Origin: Laetmonice hystrix
Lineage: Eukaryota
NCBI GenBank assembly: GCA_965235115.1
Contig: OZ249436.1
Coordinates: forward strand, 22,198,001-22,262,000
Direction: 5' to 3'
Length of the DNA stretch: 64,000 nt
Positions 40,098-54,175 of this stretch are shown piece after piece (within the stretch, counting starts at the first letter, position 1; each line of letters opens with the position of its first letter). The notes below the pieces were generated by a model. That model saw nothing but the letters and a program-made list of their open reading frames with translations, had not been told where the DNA came from and searched no databases. A program made the translations under genes and the position numbers.

Positions 40098-41571
40098 TGT
40101 GCACCTGTAGCAGACGGAAACACATGCCAAGGTCGTCCGTAAAATGATGACTTTCTCATGTATAGTCGTCGGAGAGATAATGACACTTGAGTTATGACGA
40201 TGTCACGTTTCCATTAGTGAAAATGGGGTCAGTCGTAAATCACAGCCTATGGCCGTCTTCGTTTGTAACCTGGGGACAGTCTGGAAGAAAGCTTGGGGGT
40301 CCATGTGGAGGAAACTACCCTGCGAGTTAATAAGTGTGCTCTATTCGCTGCCCTTAGCGCTTTTTGAAAAGCTATTTAACTATCAAAAGGATAATTAATA
40401 ATCTAAAATTGTCACATTATCACAGTAATGGCATGGATATTTTATCACAAAATTCGGTCTAATATGGTAGTACGGCCAACAGGATGGTTACTCTGCGATT
40501 CACTATAACCAAAAATACTGGAATAATATAAATTAAAAATTCCTGGCGCATGCGGTTTTTGATTCATCACAAAATAAACATAAATTCCGAATAATGCATC
40601 TTTTAAATTTTCCTGATTATTACCTCTATACATGTGCTGTCACCACAGCATTGACCCTAAAATGTCCACAGGTCATCAAGTTTGGTATAAAGGTTCGAAT
40701 TCTAGATGTAGTTTCAGTCTGTCACCATACAACGGACTTTTTTTCCTTAATCTCTGAAAGAAGCTGATTAAAATCGCGTCCACTCTATGTCAGGTGGGAA
40801 CACTTTGCGCTCGGTCGGGCCTGGATCTCAGACGTTATGGTTAGATCGCAACAAGCCTTCACTGGAAGGGGGAGAAAAAAAAACTGGCCTGAGCAAATAC
40901 TGCTATGTCAATGTTGAATTAAGACAGATCCAACATAAATAGCCAAGGGGGGTAGCGGAAAGTGGAAAATCTGATCTTGGCTAGCCGCTCAGTGAGGGAC
41001 AGCCCTTGAGGCACAAACTCCTCTTATCGGGTAATCACACCACCTCTGACAAGTTGGCCAAAAAGTTGACATGACTGACATGTTTTGACATCACCTGGAG
41101 ATATTTACACAGATTAACGGACAGCCGGACGAGCTGGCCTCGTCTGACTAATGCCCAACTTGTCCTCGACCACACATTATCCCACAATCCTTCCCCCTCT
41201 TCTCTCTCCTTCACTGCTTAGATTGAAAATTAAATCGAGAAAAAAACGGGGCCAAGACCTGGGAGGTGGTTTGACGTGAGTGAGGCCCCTGACAGTGTTA
41301 CAGTACTACCCACTCGACATTCTTTAGTTCACATCTCGGGTTTATACAGTCATACCGTCTCTCCCCAATCATCAACTCTATCTAACCTACTAGGGTTAAA
41401 CTGCTTTAGACAAATAGAAAACACTGTGAAACACTTAATGAAGGGTGCTGCCTCAGACTGTACTTTGAATGTATTGATTTTACATACGCATCCCCTGAGA
41501 AAATCAAAGGATTTTATACAATACATGGTAAGGCCTATCTACATACAACCGTCATGGAGTGAGTCTGGGAG

Positions 41572-42408
41572 TGTGGGCCCCAACCACAGTGTACCCAACC
41601 GGTGGTTCCCTCACCCCGTCCTGACCGGCTGTGTGGGCCCCAACCAGTGTACCCAACCGGTGGTTCCCTCACCCCGTCCTGCCCGGCTGTGTGGGCCCCA
41701 ACCACAGTGTACCCAACCGGTGGTTCCCTCACCCCGTCCTGCCCGGCTGTGTGGGCCCCAACCACAGTGTACCCAACCGGTGGTTCCCTCACCCCGTCCT
41801 GCCCGGCTGTGTGGGCCCCAACCACAGTGTACCCAACCGGTGGTCCCCTCACCCCGTCCTGCCCGGCTGTGTGGGCCCCAACCACAGTGTACCCAACCGG
41901 TGGTCCCCTCACCCCGTCCTGCCCGGCTGTGTGGGCCCCAACCACAGTGTACCCAACCGGTGGTTCCCTCACCCCGTCCTGCCCGGCTGTGTGGGCCCCA
42001 ACCACAGTGTACCCAACAGGTGGTTCCCTCACCCCGTCCTGCCCGGCTGTGTGGGCCCCAACAGTGTACCCAACCGGTGGTTCCCTCACCCCGTCCTGCC
42101 CGGCTGTGTGGGCCCCAACCACAGTGTACCCAACCGGTGGTTCCCTCACCCCGTCCTGACCGGCTGTGTGGGCCCCAACCACAGTGTACCCAACCGGTGG
42201 TTCCCTCACCCCGTCCTGACCGGCTGTGTGGGCCCCAACCACAGTGTACCCAACCGGTGGTTCCCTCACCCCGTCCTGCCCGGCTGTGTGGGCCCCAACC
42301 ACAGTGTACCCAACCGGTGGTTCCCTCACCCCGTCCTGCCCGGCTGTGTGGGCCCCAACCACAGTGTACCCAACCGGTGGTTCCCTCACCCCGTCCTGCC
42401 CGGCTGTG
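41572..42408. repeat. Minisatellite, 60-bp unit
   Basis: tgtgggccccaaccacagtgtacccaaccggtggttccctcaccccgtcctgcccggctg, 14 copies. Confidence 0.97.
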
Positions 42409-42919
42409 GGGTAAACCAAGGGAGGGTGTAGTATAGAGGAAGGGGTGGGGTATCAATAATTGTGACGTTGGCCGAGTTATCACCAGTAGCCGTCCTGTCT
42501 CGACTGATAATGTGTCACCCCCACCCCACCCAAACCCCGGTCCGTCCGTCAAACAACCCCTCCGCACCTGTATAAACCCCAAACCCCTTCACTGCCCCCT
42601 TCCAACCCATTGTCTCCACACACTTTTAGACCAGTAATTCTTCTACCCCAATATTGACCCTACCTAACGTGTTTCGTAGAAAATACCAGTGGCAGTATTG
42701 CGTCACTTTGTTAATCTGAACTTCCTGACGAGTGAAGCGGCCACGGTCTCTGGGTTGAAGACCGTGGACTGTGACAACATGGTCGTAATTCACCGACACC
42801 TACAACAAACTTACACAACACCGTTTGTCTATCCAACTACCGCACTGCTTCCTTCCGTAATATACCTGCCTCCTAATCCCTGGCGGTAAACGTGCACATT
42901 TCCTGTGTCAATCTGTTCC

Positions 42920-42997
42920 CCTCACTGCCAGCACAGCAGTTCTCCAGGACCAAGTTACCTCACTGCCAGCACAGCAGTTCTCCAGGACCAAGTTACC
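42920..42997. repeat. 38-bp tandem duplication
   Basis: cctcactgccagcacagcagttctccaggaccaagtta, two copies. Confidence 0.9.
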
Positions 42998-43861
42998 ACA
43001 AAATGTACACTGACAGCCAGGGTAGTGACAAAGGTTAACATATTGCCTGAAGTACACATCAGAAACTGTTACTTGAAATGTTTCCGAGCTACTAATGTCA
43101 GGTACTGAGACTCGCTTGTCACCGTCGTGTCACCAAAATAATCCCTTCTACCTTTTTTCTTCTATTACCCATGGCAAAACTAATATCATTTGGTAAGGCA
43201 CTAGCTTGCCCAGGATAAGTCCCAACAATAAAAACACCTTAATTGAAGTCCTTTGCGTACAAGAGCGGGCTAATATCGTCCGGATTGAGATCGATTTCAA
43301 ACTATAAAGATTGTAAAACGGGTCGAGCTGTGAATGAAGTAAGTAAACAGAGTTTGGTGTGAAGAGGTTTGGTGTGAGAATGTGCCTGGGGTGGTAAGGA
43401 CTTGGGGAGCACGGTCAATGATAACATACCGGAGGGTAAAACCAACACCTTCCCTCCATACCGTCTGTCAGCTCGAGAAACCTTTGTTGAATGGTTGTCA
43501 GTCGGCCTGCCACGACTTCCTGACCAAACTACTGATTGTAGCTTCATTTCGGGTAATCGGTACAGACGTGCTGCAGGCCTTCCTGTCCCAACCCGCTACC
43601 TGCCACCATGTCCTTCGTCAACATCCCATCCCCCGGATACATATGACACCAGTGTGGCAGAGAACGGGCCGAAATAATTATTGATCTGTCATCTTAGTGA
43701 GCTGTGCTCGTATCACCCAAGGGGGTACTCCCCTCACCCTGGCCCTCAAACTTCACCATCAAACAACATTCGGCAACTTTCCATTCTCTATAGCCGAGCA
43801 TCTTGACACAGCGCTCACCTAAACCATACATCTATGAATGAATCATAGCTTAATCCTGTCC

Positions 43862-44288
43862 GCTGAAACATCCCTTGCTGAAACTTCCCTTGCTGAAACT
43901 TCCCTTGCTGAAACATCCCTTGCTGAAACATCCCTTGCTGAAACTTCCCTTGCTGAAACTTCCCTTGCTGAAACATCCCTTGCTGAAACTTCCCTTGCTG
44001 AAACTTCCCTTGCTGAAACATCCCTTGCTGAAACTTCCCTTGCTGAAACTTCCCTTGCTGAAACTTCCCTTGCTGAAACTTCCCTTGCTGAAACTTCCCT
44101 TGCTGAAACTTCCCTTGCTGAAACTTCCCTTGCTGAAACTTCCCTTGCTGAAACTTCCCTTGCTGAATCTTCCCTTGCTGAAACTTCCCTTGCTGAAACT
44201 TCCCTTGCTGAAACTTCCCTTGCTGAGACTTCCCTTGCTGAGACTTCCCTTGCTGAATCTTCCCTTGCTGAAACTTCCCTTGCTGAAA
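43862..44288. repeat. Minisatellite, 15-bp unit
   Basis: gctgaaacttccctt, about 28 copies. Confidence 0.97.
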
Positions 44289-45473
44289 GACTCTTGCCTC
44301 AAAGGCCTGTAAAAATAAGTTCTTAAAATTAAAGTTCGAATTGGACTACAACAGAACCTATAACTTGGCAGACTGTCCCAGCCAGCAGAAAGTGCTACCA
44401 TGATTTTATGTTATTAATGTTGAGAACATCTAATTCCAATAAAAGTATACTGCCGACTGTTGACTTAACCCCTGGGTATGTGTCACTGTTGTACCGGCAC
44501 ACTGACTGCAAGCAAGGCCATGGAAACAATCGGCCCTCGGCCGCTGCCATAACAACTGGAGGTGACAGTTGTCCCGGCGTTCACACATGACTGGTGTTTT
44601 GAAATGTGATCAGGGTAGACTTCTCCTGTGGACAGACAAGGAGGAAGGAGGCCTGAGGAGCCGCTCAGCCGCCCTTCTCATTGGTGCAAAACTAAGGCAT
44701 CAAAGCAGCTTTGTGCGACTGAGATTTTGCAGACAGGCCTGGGGGCTGGAGGTTATAGCAAGGAGAACTTTCCCAGGGCTGACGACCAGCCACCGGTCAG
44801 CTGGCTCGGGGTGGTCAGCCGCGGCGATGGCGGCCAGGAGATGTCGGCCTGTGCCGGCTGTCGGCGGCCTGTGCTCCGGCAGGCCGGCCGCCCTCCCTCA
44901 CACCGGCCGTGAGGTCAGCTACCGTCAACAGTGGGTCTGACTCGGGCCGCTGTCGGTGTCAGCGGGTCGGTCAGGGTTATCAGCTGAATACAGTGAGAGG
45001 TCTGAGAACGGGTCCCACCAACCACCTACACGACTACCTCAGACTACACTCAACCTCCGGGCTACTAGTCCTAACAAAGACACCACACTTACACGTACTT
45101 TCTGACCGGTAAAAGTGAAAAAAAACAACAATAACGACACGCTATAAAAGCCTGTACATGGTGTTCAGACAGCTAATAGTCCATTAAGTGCTACATAGTT
45201 TATGTCCATTGTCATTCTCCTTCGGTTTGCTTGTCAAATGAAATGACTGGGTGGACAAGGGTGCTTTATCTGGTGAGGCGATCAGAGTTTGAGCTGTTGA
45301 TGAGGTGGCTGAGTGAGTGACAGGTAAAAAGGTAGTGTCACTGTCCTGGTGTGGTGGGTGTGAGAGGGGTAGAGGTTATCTATCTCCGGCTGAGGGTCCT
45401 CCCCGCCGGGCCACTCACTGCTCCACTTGGGGGAGGGGGAGGGGGAGGTACTGACTGGTCGGGCACCTCAGGC

Positions 45474-45841
45474 CTACAGGGGCAGGGACTGAGGTCTTAC
45501 CCCTCTCAGGACTACAGGGACCTGGGTCTTACCCCTCTCAGGACTACAGGGACCTGGGTCTTACCCCTCTCAGGACTATAGGGGCCTGGGTCTTACCCCT
45601 CTCAGGACTACAGGGGCCTGGGTCTTACCCCTCTCAGGAACACAGGGGTCTGGGTCTTACCCCTCTCAGGACTACAGGGACCTGGGTCTTACCCCTCTCA
45701 GGACGACAGGGGCATGGGTCTTACCCCTCTCAGGACTACGGGGGCATGGGTTCTACCCTCTCAGGACTACAGGGGCTTGGGTCTTACCCCTCTCAGGACT
45801 ACAGGGGCATGGGTTCTACCCTCTCAGGACTGGTTCTTACC
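45474..45841. repeat. Minisatellite, 32-bp unit
   Basis: tcaggactacagggacctgggtcttacccctc, about 11 copies. Confidence 0.94.
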
Positions 45842-46816
45842 CGTCTCGTGACGGCAGGGAACTAGGTTTTACCCCCTACTATAAGAACCACATGGTCGGA
45901 AGTAGTTCCAACCCTTTCAGGACAGTTAATACATACATTCTCAAACTGAACCCGTCTATACACGGGCAGATATCCCACTACTTGACCCCATCGGTCCCAT
46001 TTATCAAGCCTTTCTTCTATTCTGCTTTCTTTTCAACAAGCTTCATCCAGTCTGGCCAGAAGCTGAATGGGGGGGGGGGGGGGGGCAAGCATGGCTGGCC
46101 GGCTGCTTTGGTCCTTTCCGGAGGGTCAGTAGAGTGATCAGTGTAGGCCACCATCAAAGCTAACCGCACTGGTTGCTTTTTCCTTACTTGGTTTATAACA
46201 AAAATAAAAACAAAAAAAGACGGCCATGAAAACTACACAAGATCAAATAAGGAGGGGGGGGGGGCAACTGTAGCTGTAAGACTAAGATGTCCTCTTTCAA
46301 ATAGGACTTTGATTTCGAAATTATTGCCACGGATGATTGTGCAATAATTAAAAAACCCTCAAAATCAGCCCTTTAGACCTGTTAGTGGTAACTGATAACT
46401 GTAATATAGCCATTATATTCTCACCTAGATGTATCCGTCATGTCTTATGTTTTACACCTGTATACTATACATCCACTAAGGAGATGTAAGAATCCTATCC
46501 ATCATACAAAACAAAGGCTGTGAGAGTTTTACAAGATCAATTTCCTTCTGTTTCTCAGGTGTTCACCTATAAAGACGCTGTCTATATTTAGCCAGGGTTG
46601 GATCCCCCCACCCCCGACCAGGTATTCTCTTCATCCTCCTCATCATCATTACCAGGCCAGGTACATCAGCACCTGGCCTGCCAGCTCGAGGTGCCCGTGT
46701 CTGGTTACAGGCTGTCATGCAGGGGCATTAAACCTGATGAATCTGGTGGCCTTCATGACAAGTATCGACGCTGACCCTTCACAGTCTGATGGAGCCCTGT
46801 CACCGCCCGACATCAT

Positions 46817-47572
46817 GCTAGGGCTTGGCAGCAGGCTGGGGGTTCACCTGGGACTGGGCGGGGGGCAGGCTAGGGGTTGGCAGCAGGCTGGGGGGGGGGG
46901 GTTCACCTGGGACTGGGCGGGGGGCAGGCTAGGGGTTGGCAGCAGGCTGGGGGGTTCACCTGGGACTGGGCGGGGGGCAGGCTAGGGGTTGGCAGCAGGC
47001 TGGGGGTTCACCTGGGACTGGGCGGGGGGCAGGCTAGGGGTTGGCAGCAGGCTGGGGGTTCACCTGGGACTGGGCGGGGGGCAGGCTAGGGGTTGGCAGC
47101 AGGCTGGGGGGTTCACCTGGGACTGGGCGGGGGGCAGGCTAGGGGTTGGCAGCAGGCTGGGGGTTCACCTGGGACTGGGCAGGGGGCAGGCTAGGGGTTG
47201 GCAGCAGGCTGGGGGGGGGGGTTCACCTGGGACTGGGCGGGGGGCAGGCTAGGGGTTGGCAGCAGGCTGGGGGGTTCACCTGGGACTGGGCGGGGGGCAG
47301 GCTAGGGGTTGGCAGCAGGCTGGGGGTTCACCTGGGACTGGGCGGGGGGCAGGCTAGGGGTTGGCAGCAGGCTGGGGGTTCACCTGGGACTGGGGCGGGG
47401 GCAGGGTCGAGGGCTAGGGTCTTCAGCCTGGGACTCTGGGCGGGAGGGGGGGGGGCAGGGGCGGAAACTGGGGACTTCCGCCTGGGACTGGGGGCTTCAG
47501 CCTGGGACTGGGGGGGGGGGGGGGCAGGCGGAACTGGGGACTTCAGCCTGGGACTTTCAGCCTGGGACTGGG
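46817..47572. repeat. G-rich minisatellite, about 52-bp unit, with a degenerate tail
   Basis: gctaggggttggcagcaggctgggggttcacctgggactgggcggggggcag, about 11 copies, then decayed ttcagcctgggact units. Confidence 0.94.
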
Positions 47573-49473
47573 GTAGTGTTGGGGATGGGACAGAGACAGG
47601 AGGCTGGGCATGAATCGTTGTGGGGACAGGCGAGGGGTGAGGGGTGGGGCTGAGTCTCCTAGAGTTGATCCCTGGACCAGGTTTTAACATCCAGACATGG
47701 TCATGCCCTGGTCAGGGTTGGATCCTCCCTTCCCACCAACCACACGACTTCAGACCCAGAAGAACATCGTACTGTAGCAGCCAATATTCTCAGCTGTCTG
47801 GGGCTGGCCTTACACAGCATACACCTGGTAGACGTTTTCTTTTTTCAAGTCGGAAGATGACCTGAGATTAAAATGTTAATCAACCTCGAATTCCTAATCC
47901 ATTTTATTTGTATAAATTAATTCTAAGTTGGTGGAGAGAAAACAGAGCTAAATTGCGAAGCGACTTAAAGTAATTGTGGCAAGAAAAATGATATTTCAAA
48001 TTACTAGTAATCAACTAGGTGCATGTAAATTAGATTTCTTTTGTCAGAAACATTTAAGCATTCTTTAGGCCTGTTTTTCACAAATTTCTTTTCCGTACCT
48101 GTACGCGTTAGTCAGTGCCTGAGCGATATTTAACGTGTGTGCCATTGGTAAGAGGGCAGTTGTGGTGGGTCAGTCCGTGTGGGAGTGAGTGAGAGAGGGA
48201 GAGAGAGAAACAGAGAGATAGAGACATATACGGTAATTATAGAGATAAAGCTCGTCGGAGGTCGGACGTCAGGCTGTAGTGTGAAGTCCGCCTGTTGAAC
48301 AGTGTTGAGGGCAGTGTTCACGGCTGACCTTGACCCCCAGGTCATGAACCCCTGGGGTCAGCCCCCCCCCCCCCCGTGTAGACGGACACTGTGGTTTCGC
48401 TGGTCCGGTACCGTGGTCACTAAGAACACGACCTGATACTGGACACCATGCTATCAACAACCAATGTCTCTAATGTGCTTTCAGTGAAAATGGCAATGTA
48501 ATAAGTACTACACTTATTTCAATTCCTTCATCACTTAGAAATATGAGCTACGGGTGGCAGAGGTCCATTTGTGTGATTGCTCTGTCAATCGGAACAGTGG
48601 CATACTCCAAGTCGGCCAGGTTAGGAGGACTTACATACGAGGCGAGGCGGCAGGTTGGGTGGGTGGAGACCGCTTGCCTTACCTCTGCCAGTCTGCCACA
48701 ATTAAAACAGCTCGGTCAGAAAGTAACAAATGGTTGGGTTACAAATCAACTAATGGCCCTCACTATACTCGCGGGCGCTGGTGGCGGCCACTCGCTACTT
48801 ACCGGGTTACATCAGCCTAACAGCCGCCATTGTGTGAGGCTTTTACTATCAACACGCCTCAATCAATTGTTGTGATATAATACGGGATTGTAGCTAACCT
48901 TATCAGATCTAAGTAGACAAAAAGCGAGCTTGGATTTCCTGCAGGTGAAGGAGTTGTGGATGAAACCATTGTTTCAACCCTCTGGTCGGATTGCCATGGC
49001 AATCAGTACATAATGAAGCACCATACGTTCACTATTGTCACACTGGATACAAATCCTAGCTACCATTGTCGTCTGCAGGCAAACTTAACCAACTGATACA
49101 CCATTTGTTCGTCCCCGCCCCCTAAACAACCTCTCCAAGAAACTAGAGCCGCCGTGTAAGACAAAAGTCGGGTAAAAAAAAGACAGCTGCACACATAACC
49201 GGAGCAAAGTGGGTGCCAGGTCACAATACGTAACGTCGTGTGGTTGTGGCACGCGTGAACTTTACGTGGCACCTATCAACACTGACAATCAGCCCCATCC
49301 GAGAGTTCAAAATTAAAACTCACAACGTACTCTTTATAAACGTCCAGCGTCCTTCTAACGTACTCAGGATTACTGAGGCAGTGTACCATATCACTTGGTT
49401 CTCCTTTATTTCGTTTGAAGCATGCCATATCTTCCCCACGCTACTTTGCTTTTAATGCCCCGCTTTTATTTTC

Positions 49474-50835
49474 AGGACACTGCCATGGAGGGAGGGACAC
49501 TTCCATGGAGGGACACTGCCATGGAGGGAGGGAAGGACACTGCCATGGAGGGAGGGACACTTCCATGGAGGGACACTGCCATGGAGGGAGGGAAGGACAC
49601 TGCCATGGAGGGAGGGAAGGACACTGCCATGGAGGGAGGGACACTGCCATGGCGGGAGGGAAGGACACTGCCATGGAGGGAGGAAAGGACATTGCCATGG
49701 AGGGAGGGACACTGCCATGGCGGGAGGGAAGGACACTGCCATGGCGGGAGGGAAGGACACTGCCATGGAGGGAGGGAAGGACACTGCCATGGAGGGAGGG
49801 ACACTTCCATGGAGGGACACTGCCATGGAGGGAGGGAAGGACACTGCCATGGCGGGAGGGAAGGACACTGCCATGGAGGGAGGGAAGGACACTGCCATGG
49901 AGGGAGGGAAGGACACTGCCATGGAGGGAGGGACACTGCCATGGAGGGAGGGAAGGACACTGCCATGGAGGGAGGGAAGGACACTGCCATGGCGGGAGGG
50001 AAGGACACTGCCATGGAGGGAGGGAAGGACACTGCCATGGAGGGAGGGACACTCGCCATGGAGGGACAGACCATAGATATGTGCAGTACACATCTATGGA
50101 CAGACACTGCCATGGAGGGAAAGACACTCGCCATGGAGGGACAGACCATAGATGTGTACAGTACACATCTATGGACAGACACTGCCATGGAGGGAAGGAC
50201 ACTCGCCATGGAGGGACAGACCATAGATGTGTACAGTACACATCTATGGACAGACACTGCCATGGAGGGAAAGACACTCGCCATGGAGGGACAGACCATA
50301 GATGTGTACAGTACACATCTATGGACATACACTGCCATGGAGGGACAGACCATAGATATGTACAGTACACATCTATGGACAGACACTGCCATGGAGGGAA
50401 AGACACTCGCCATGGAGGGACAGACCATAGATGTGTACAGTACACATCTATGGACAGACACTGCCATGGAGGGAAAGACACTCGCCATGGAGGGACAGAC
50501 CATAGATATGTGCAGTACACATCTATGGACAGACACTGCCATGGAGGGAAAGACACTCGCCATGGAGGGACCGACCATAGATGTGTACAGTACACATCTA
50601 TGGACAGACACTGCCATGGAGGGAGGCACACTGCCATGGAGGGAGGGAGGGAGGGAGGGAGGGAGACTGCCATGAGGGAGGGGGGAGGGACACTGTCATG
50701 GAGGGGAGAAGGAGGGACACTGTCATGGAGAGAGGGAAGGAGGGACACTGCCATGGAGGGAGGGAGGGAGGGAGACTACCATGGAGGGAGGGAGGGAGGG
50801 AGGGACACTGCCATGGAGGGAAGGATACTGCCATA
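49474..50835. repeat. Composite minisatellite: 16-24-bp units with a central 75-bp palindrome-bearing block
   Basis: ggacactgccatggagggagggaa units; units at 50050-50620 carry ccatagatgtgtacagtacacatctatgg. Confidence 0.95.
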
Positions 50836-50863
50836 GAGGATGGCTGGATGGATGGAGTGAGTG

Positions 50864-50933
50864 AGGGAGGGAGGGAGGGAGGGAGGGAGGGAGGGAAGGA
50901 GGGAGGGAGGGAGGGATTTAAGGAAGGAAGGAA
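50864..50933. repeat. (GGGA)n/(GGAA)n microsatellite
   Basis: Direct reading. Confidence 0.9.
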
Positions 50934-53016
50934 ACAAAATTTAATGTGCCTATAGTTGAACCTATGTGTCTGTGAGGATTCTCCGACCTCTAACCAAAGG
51001 TCCCCGGTTTGCCTACATTTTAGATTCATCCACGGTTGTAATCGTCCCATTGTCACACAGTCTACCCTCTCTATGATCTGGACGTTCAACTCGTCCACCA
51101 CCTGTCATAAACACACCTCCTGGTCGCACCTTGTGCGCCAGATGCTGCACTTCCTGACAAACCCCACGGCCAACACCATGACAAATGATACAGGCTGAGG
51201 GCGACATGTTTCTTGGGGCTAATTAGAGACGGAGGGGGTAAGATCAATGTGTAGTTGTTGGTGGTGGGCCGGCCGGGGTGGCTGTGGGAGACGGTGATGT
51301 TCCATGATGGGCGTGGCACGGCCCTCCGCGCCCTCTTCAAAGCGACCCGTGTTCTGGCCGTCAGCCGGCTGGCCCTGACGTACAGGGCGTGGCATCATCC
51401 CGGCTCACGGCCACGATCGCCGGTGGCGAGCTTTAATTAAGTGCCATACTTTGATTGGCTGTGTGGCAGGTGCCCCAGGTGCCCGTCTCTGATCTTTTGT
51501 GAACCCCAGAGATATCTGCGCCGCGGACGTGGCCGTCGGGCAGGTTGAGAAGGATAACGGAGCTGCCAGCACACCCCATCGCTCGTCAAAATAATGCTAA
51601 TATCACGCTAATTTGTACGCTGTGTCTACCTGACGGCGCATTGTATGGCTGTCAGAACGCACTACTCCGCTCGGCTAATTTACGTCAACAGCATCAGATC
51701 ACCAGTCAAACACGTCACATTCTGACACCGGTTTTCAGCGTACCGCCGAGCCCAAAAAAATAACATTCTCTGCCACTGGCAGCTGAGTCGGGCACGCCTG
51801 CGCACCCCGACCTGCGCACTCGGCCGCCGCCAGCAGGCCTCCAACCCCCAGACAGCCACAAAACTGTCTGACTGCACGTGAATACGAGTCGGGGTTTATC
51901 GTGGTCACGGCTCTAATGAAATCAGCGCGCCCCGCTGACGGTTCAGCCAACCGTCAACATGACCTGAGATAAGACTTGATAATTACAGCCCGTCTCCAAT
52001 CGACCACAGACTCACATCGACCAGCATATGTCACCGTATACCAAACCAGAAATCCAATTCGCTCCAAAGATACTTGCAACTTTCCACGTGAAACCATACC
52101 AGAATCACAATTACTTTGTGTTTGTTCGCAATGTGGTCGTTTTAAGCACTGTGAATTCTCCCGAAAGTTAAAACGGGGTGATTTGACAGTGGCGGTGACT
52201 TTGTCTGAGTGACGGCTCCCCGCAGTGAGTGTAATAATTGCCGGTGAATAGTGGAAAATTAGTTTGACAGTTGTGTGCCCCAGAGGGGTCCTAGCAGAGG
52301 CCACCCGATCCCGGTGGTTGTGCCCCCGCCCAGCGCACTGATAACCCACCCATATGGTGCGTACCGAGTCCATCCACTCCCCAAGCCCAGCGTCGCTTTG
52401 TCACCTCGATTGTTCAACAATTTCTTGTCGATTTTAACTTTGACAATCCCGACTCAATGTGGTTCTGGGATAATGACGCTGACCGACAGTTCTGCCGTCT
52501 GTTCCATGTGATCTAATTTTGCGGGTTTTATTGAATCAAAACCAGCCTTTGCTGGTTGTTCTAACACTGTCTAACTTCATTTGTAGCTATTTGATGACAA
52601 TCATTGTTATCTTTCCGGTCATAACTCACCCACATCATCGTATAGAAGTCAAATCATCAAAAGGGTCTCAAAGATTCAAATACAGTCTTCGGTGGTCCGG
52701 GTATGCTGTCAATTGCTACATCTGATAATATATTTACCTCGAGTGCACTATCCATTGTTCTGCCCTATGTTCCGTTTTCCCCCCTCTTCATCCTTTAGAG
52801 ACCCACTTAAAAGGAATGTGTGACGAGATCTGATATAATATGCTTGACTTTTATATAGATAACAGGGGCTAAACATACTGCCCTCTCCAATCGTCAACGT
52901 CACAAATCTACTAGTATGTATGCTATAGACAACAGGTGTCTCTGCTTCTCTTGATGTTTCGAGGCTTGGCCGAGCCAGCCTGACATCTTCACGGCTATAG
53001 GACAGATCCACGTGCC

Positions 53017-53219
53017 GTTCGTTATAACAGGGTAAACGTTCGTTATAACAGGGTAAAGGTTCGTTATAACAGGATAAACGTTTGTTATAACAGGGTAGAC
53101 GTTCGTTATAACAGGGTAAACGTTCGTTATAACAGGGTAAACGTTCGTTATAACAGGGTAAACGTTCGTTATAACAGGGTAAACGTTCGTTATAACAGGG
53201 TTCGTTATAACAGGGTAAA
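53017..53219. repeat. Minisatellite, 21-bp unit
   Basis: gttcgttataacagggtaaac, about 10 copies. Confidence 0.95.
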
Positions 53220-53758
53220 TGATCATAGATGACAAGTCTCACCTACAAGTTTAAAACAAGGTCAACTCGGTCGTACTTAGCTAGACTTACCACTGGGTCA
53301 GATATATGTACACTCCCCACGTTATCCAAGTCTAACAAAATGATAAAGAACTAAGCTCTCCTTTAATCACGATAAAACGCTCTGGTATACATCGACCAAG
53401 CTACATCTTGTTACTTCAATATCAATGTAAATAGTAATAGAGAGAAAATACAACCACATATCATGGGCTAAATTACTTTATCATAACGCAACCAGACGGG
53501 TCAAAACAGGAGTTGGATGGATGACTATTATAAAACCCAACCATGCAATGAGGGATTCATAGATCCGTGATGAGGCGTACTTAATATGTAGATGCAAAGA
53601 TATGAAATCCTTTTGGGACCGACAGATAAAATATTTGGACAAGATCGAAATCTCTGCATATTTGCTGCCGGAAAGCTGACTCGGCCGCTTGGGGAGTTGA
53701 ACGGATCATGATTTCAGGGCTATGTGATTCTACCGTTCATGGGACTCCATGTGGTTGA

Positions 53759-54175
53759 TGGGGACATCCTATCTAACAGGGACGCCAGAGTGGGTGGGAT
53801 TCCACAAGATGATGGGCACATCCTATCTAATAGGGACACTACAGTGGGTGGGATTCCACAAGATGATGGGCACATCCTATCTAATAGGGACACTACTGCA
53901 GTGGGTGGGATTCCACAATATGATGGGGGCATCCTATCTAATAGGGACACTACTGCAGTGGGTGGGATTCCACAATATGACGGGGACATCCTATCTAATA
54001 GGGACACTACTGTAGTGGGTGGGATTCCACAATATGACGGGGACATCCTATCTAATAGGGACACTACTGCAGTGGGTGGGATTCCACAATATGACGGGGA
54101 CATCCTATCTAATAGGGACACTACTGCAGTGGGTGGGATTCCACAATATGATGGGGGCATCCTATCTAATAGGGA
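53759..54175. repeat. 57-bp minisatellite, left part
   Basis: gggacactactgcagtgggtgggattccacaatatgacggggacatcctatctaata. Confidence 0.96.

Noticed and set aside
48795..48835. Minus-strand first exon (atggcggct...gtaagt)
   Set aside because: An in-frame TAA occurs after 7 codons, before the donor.
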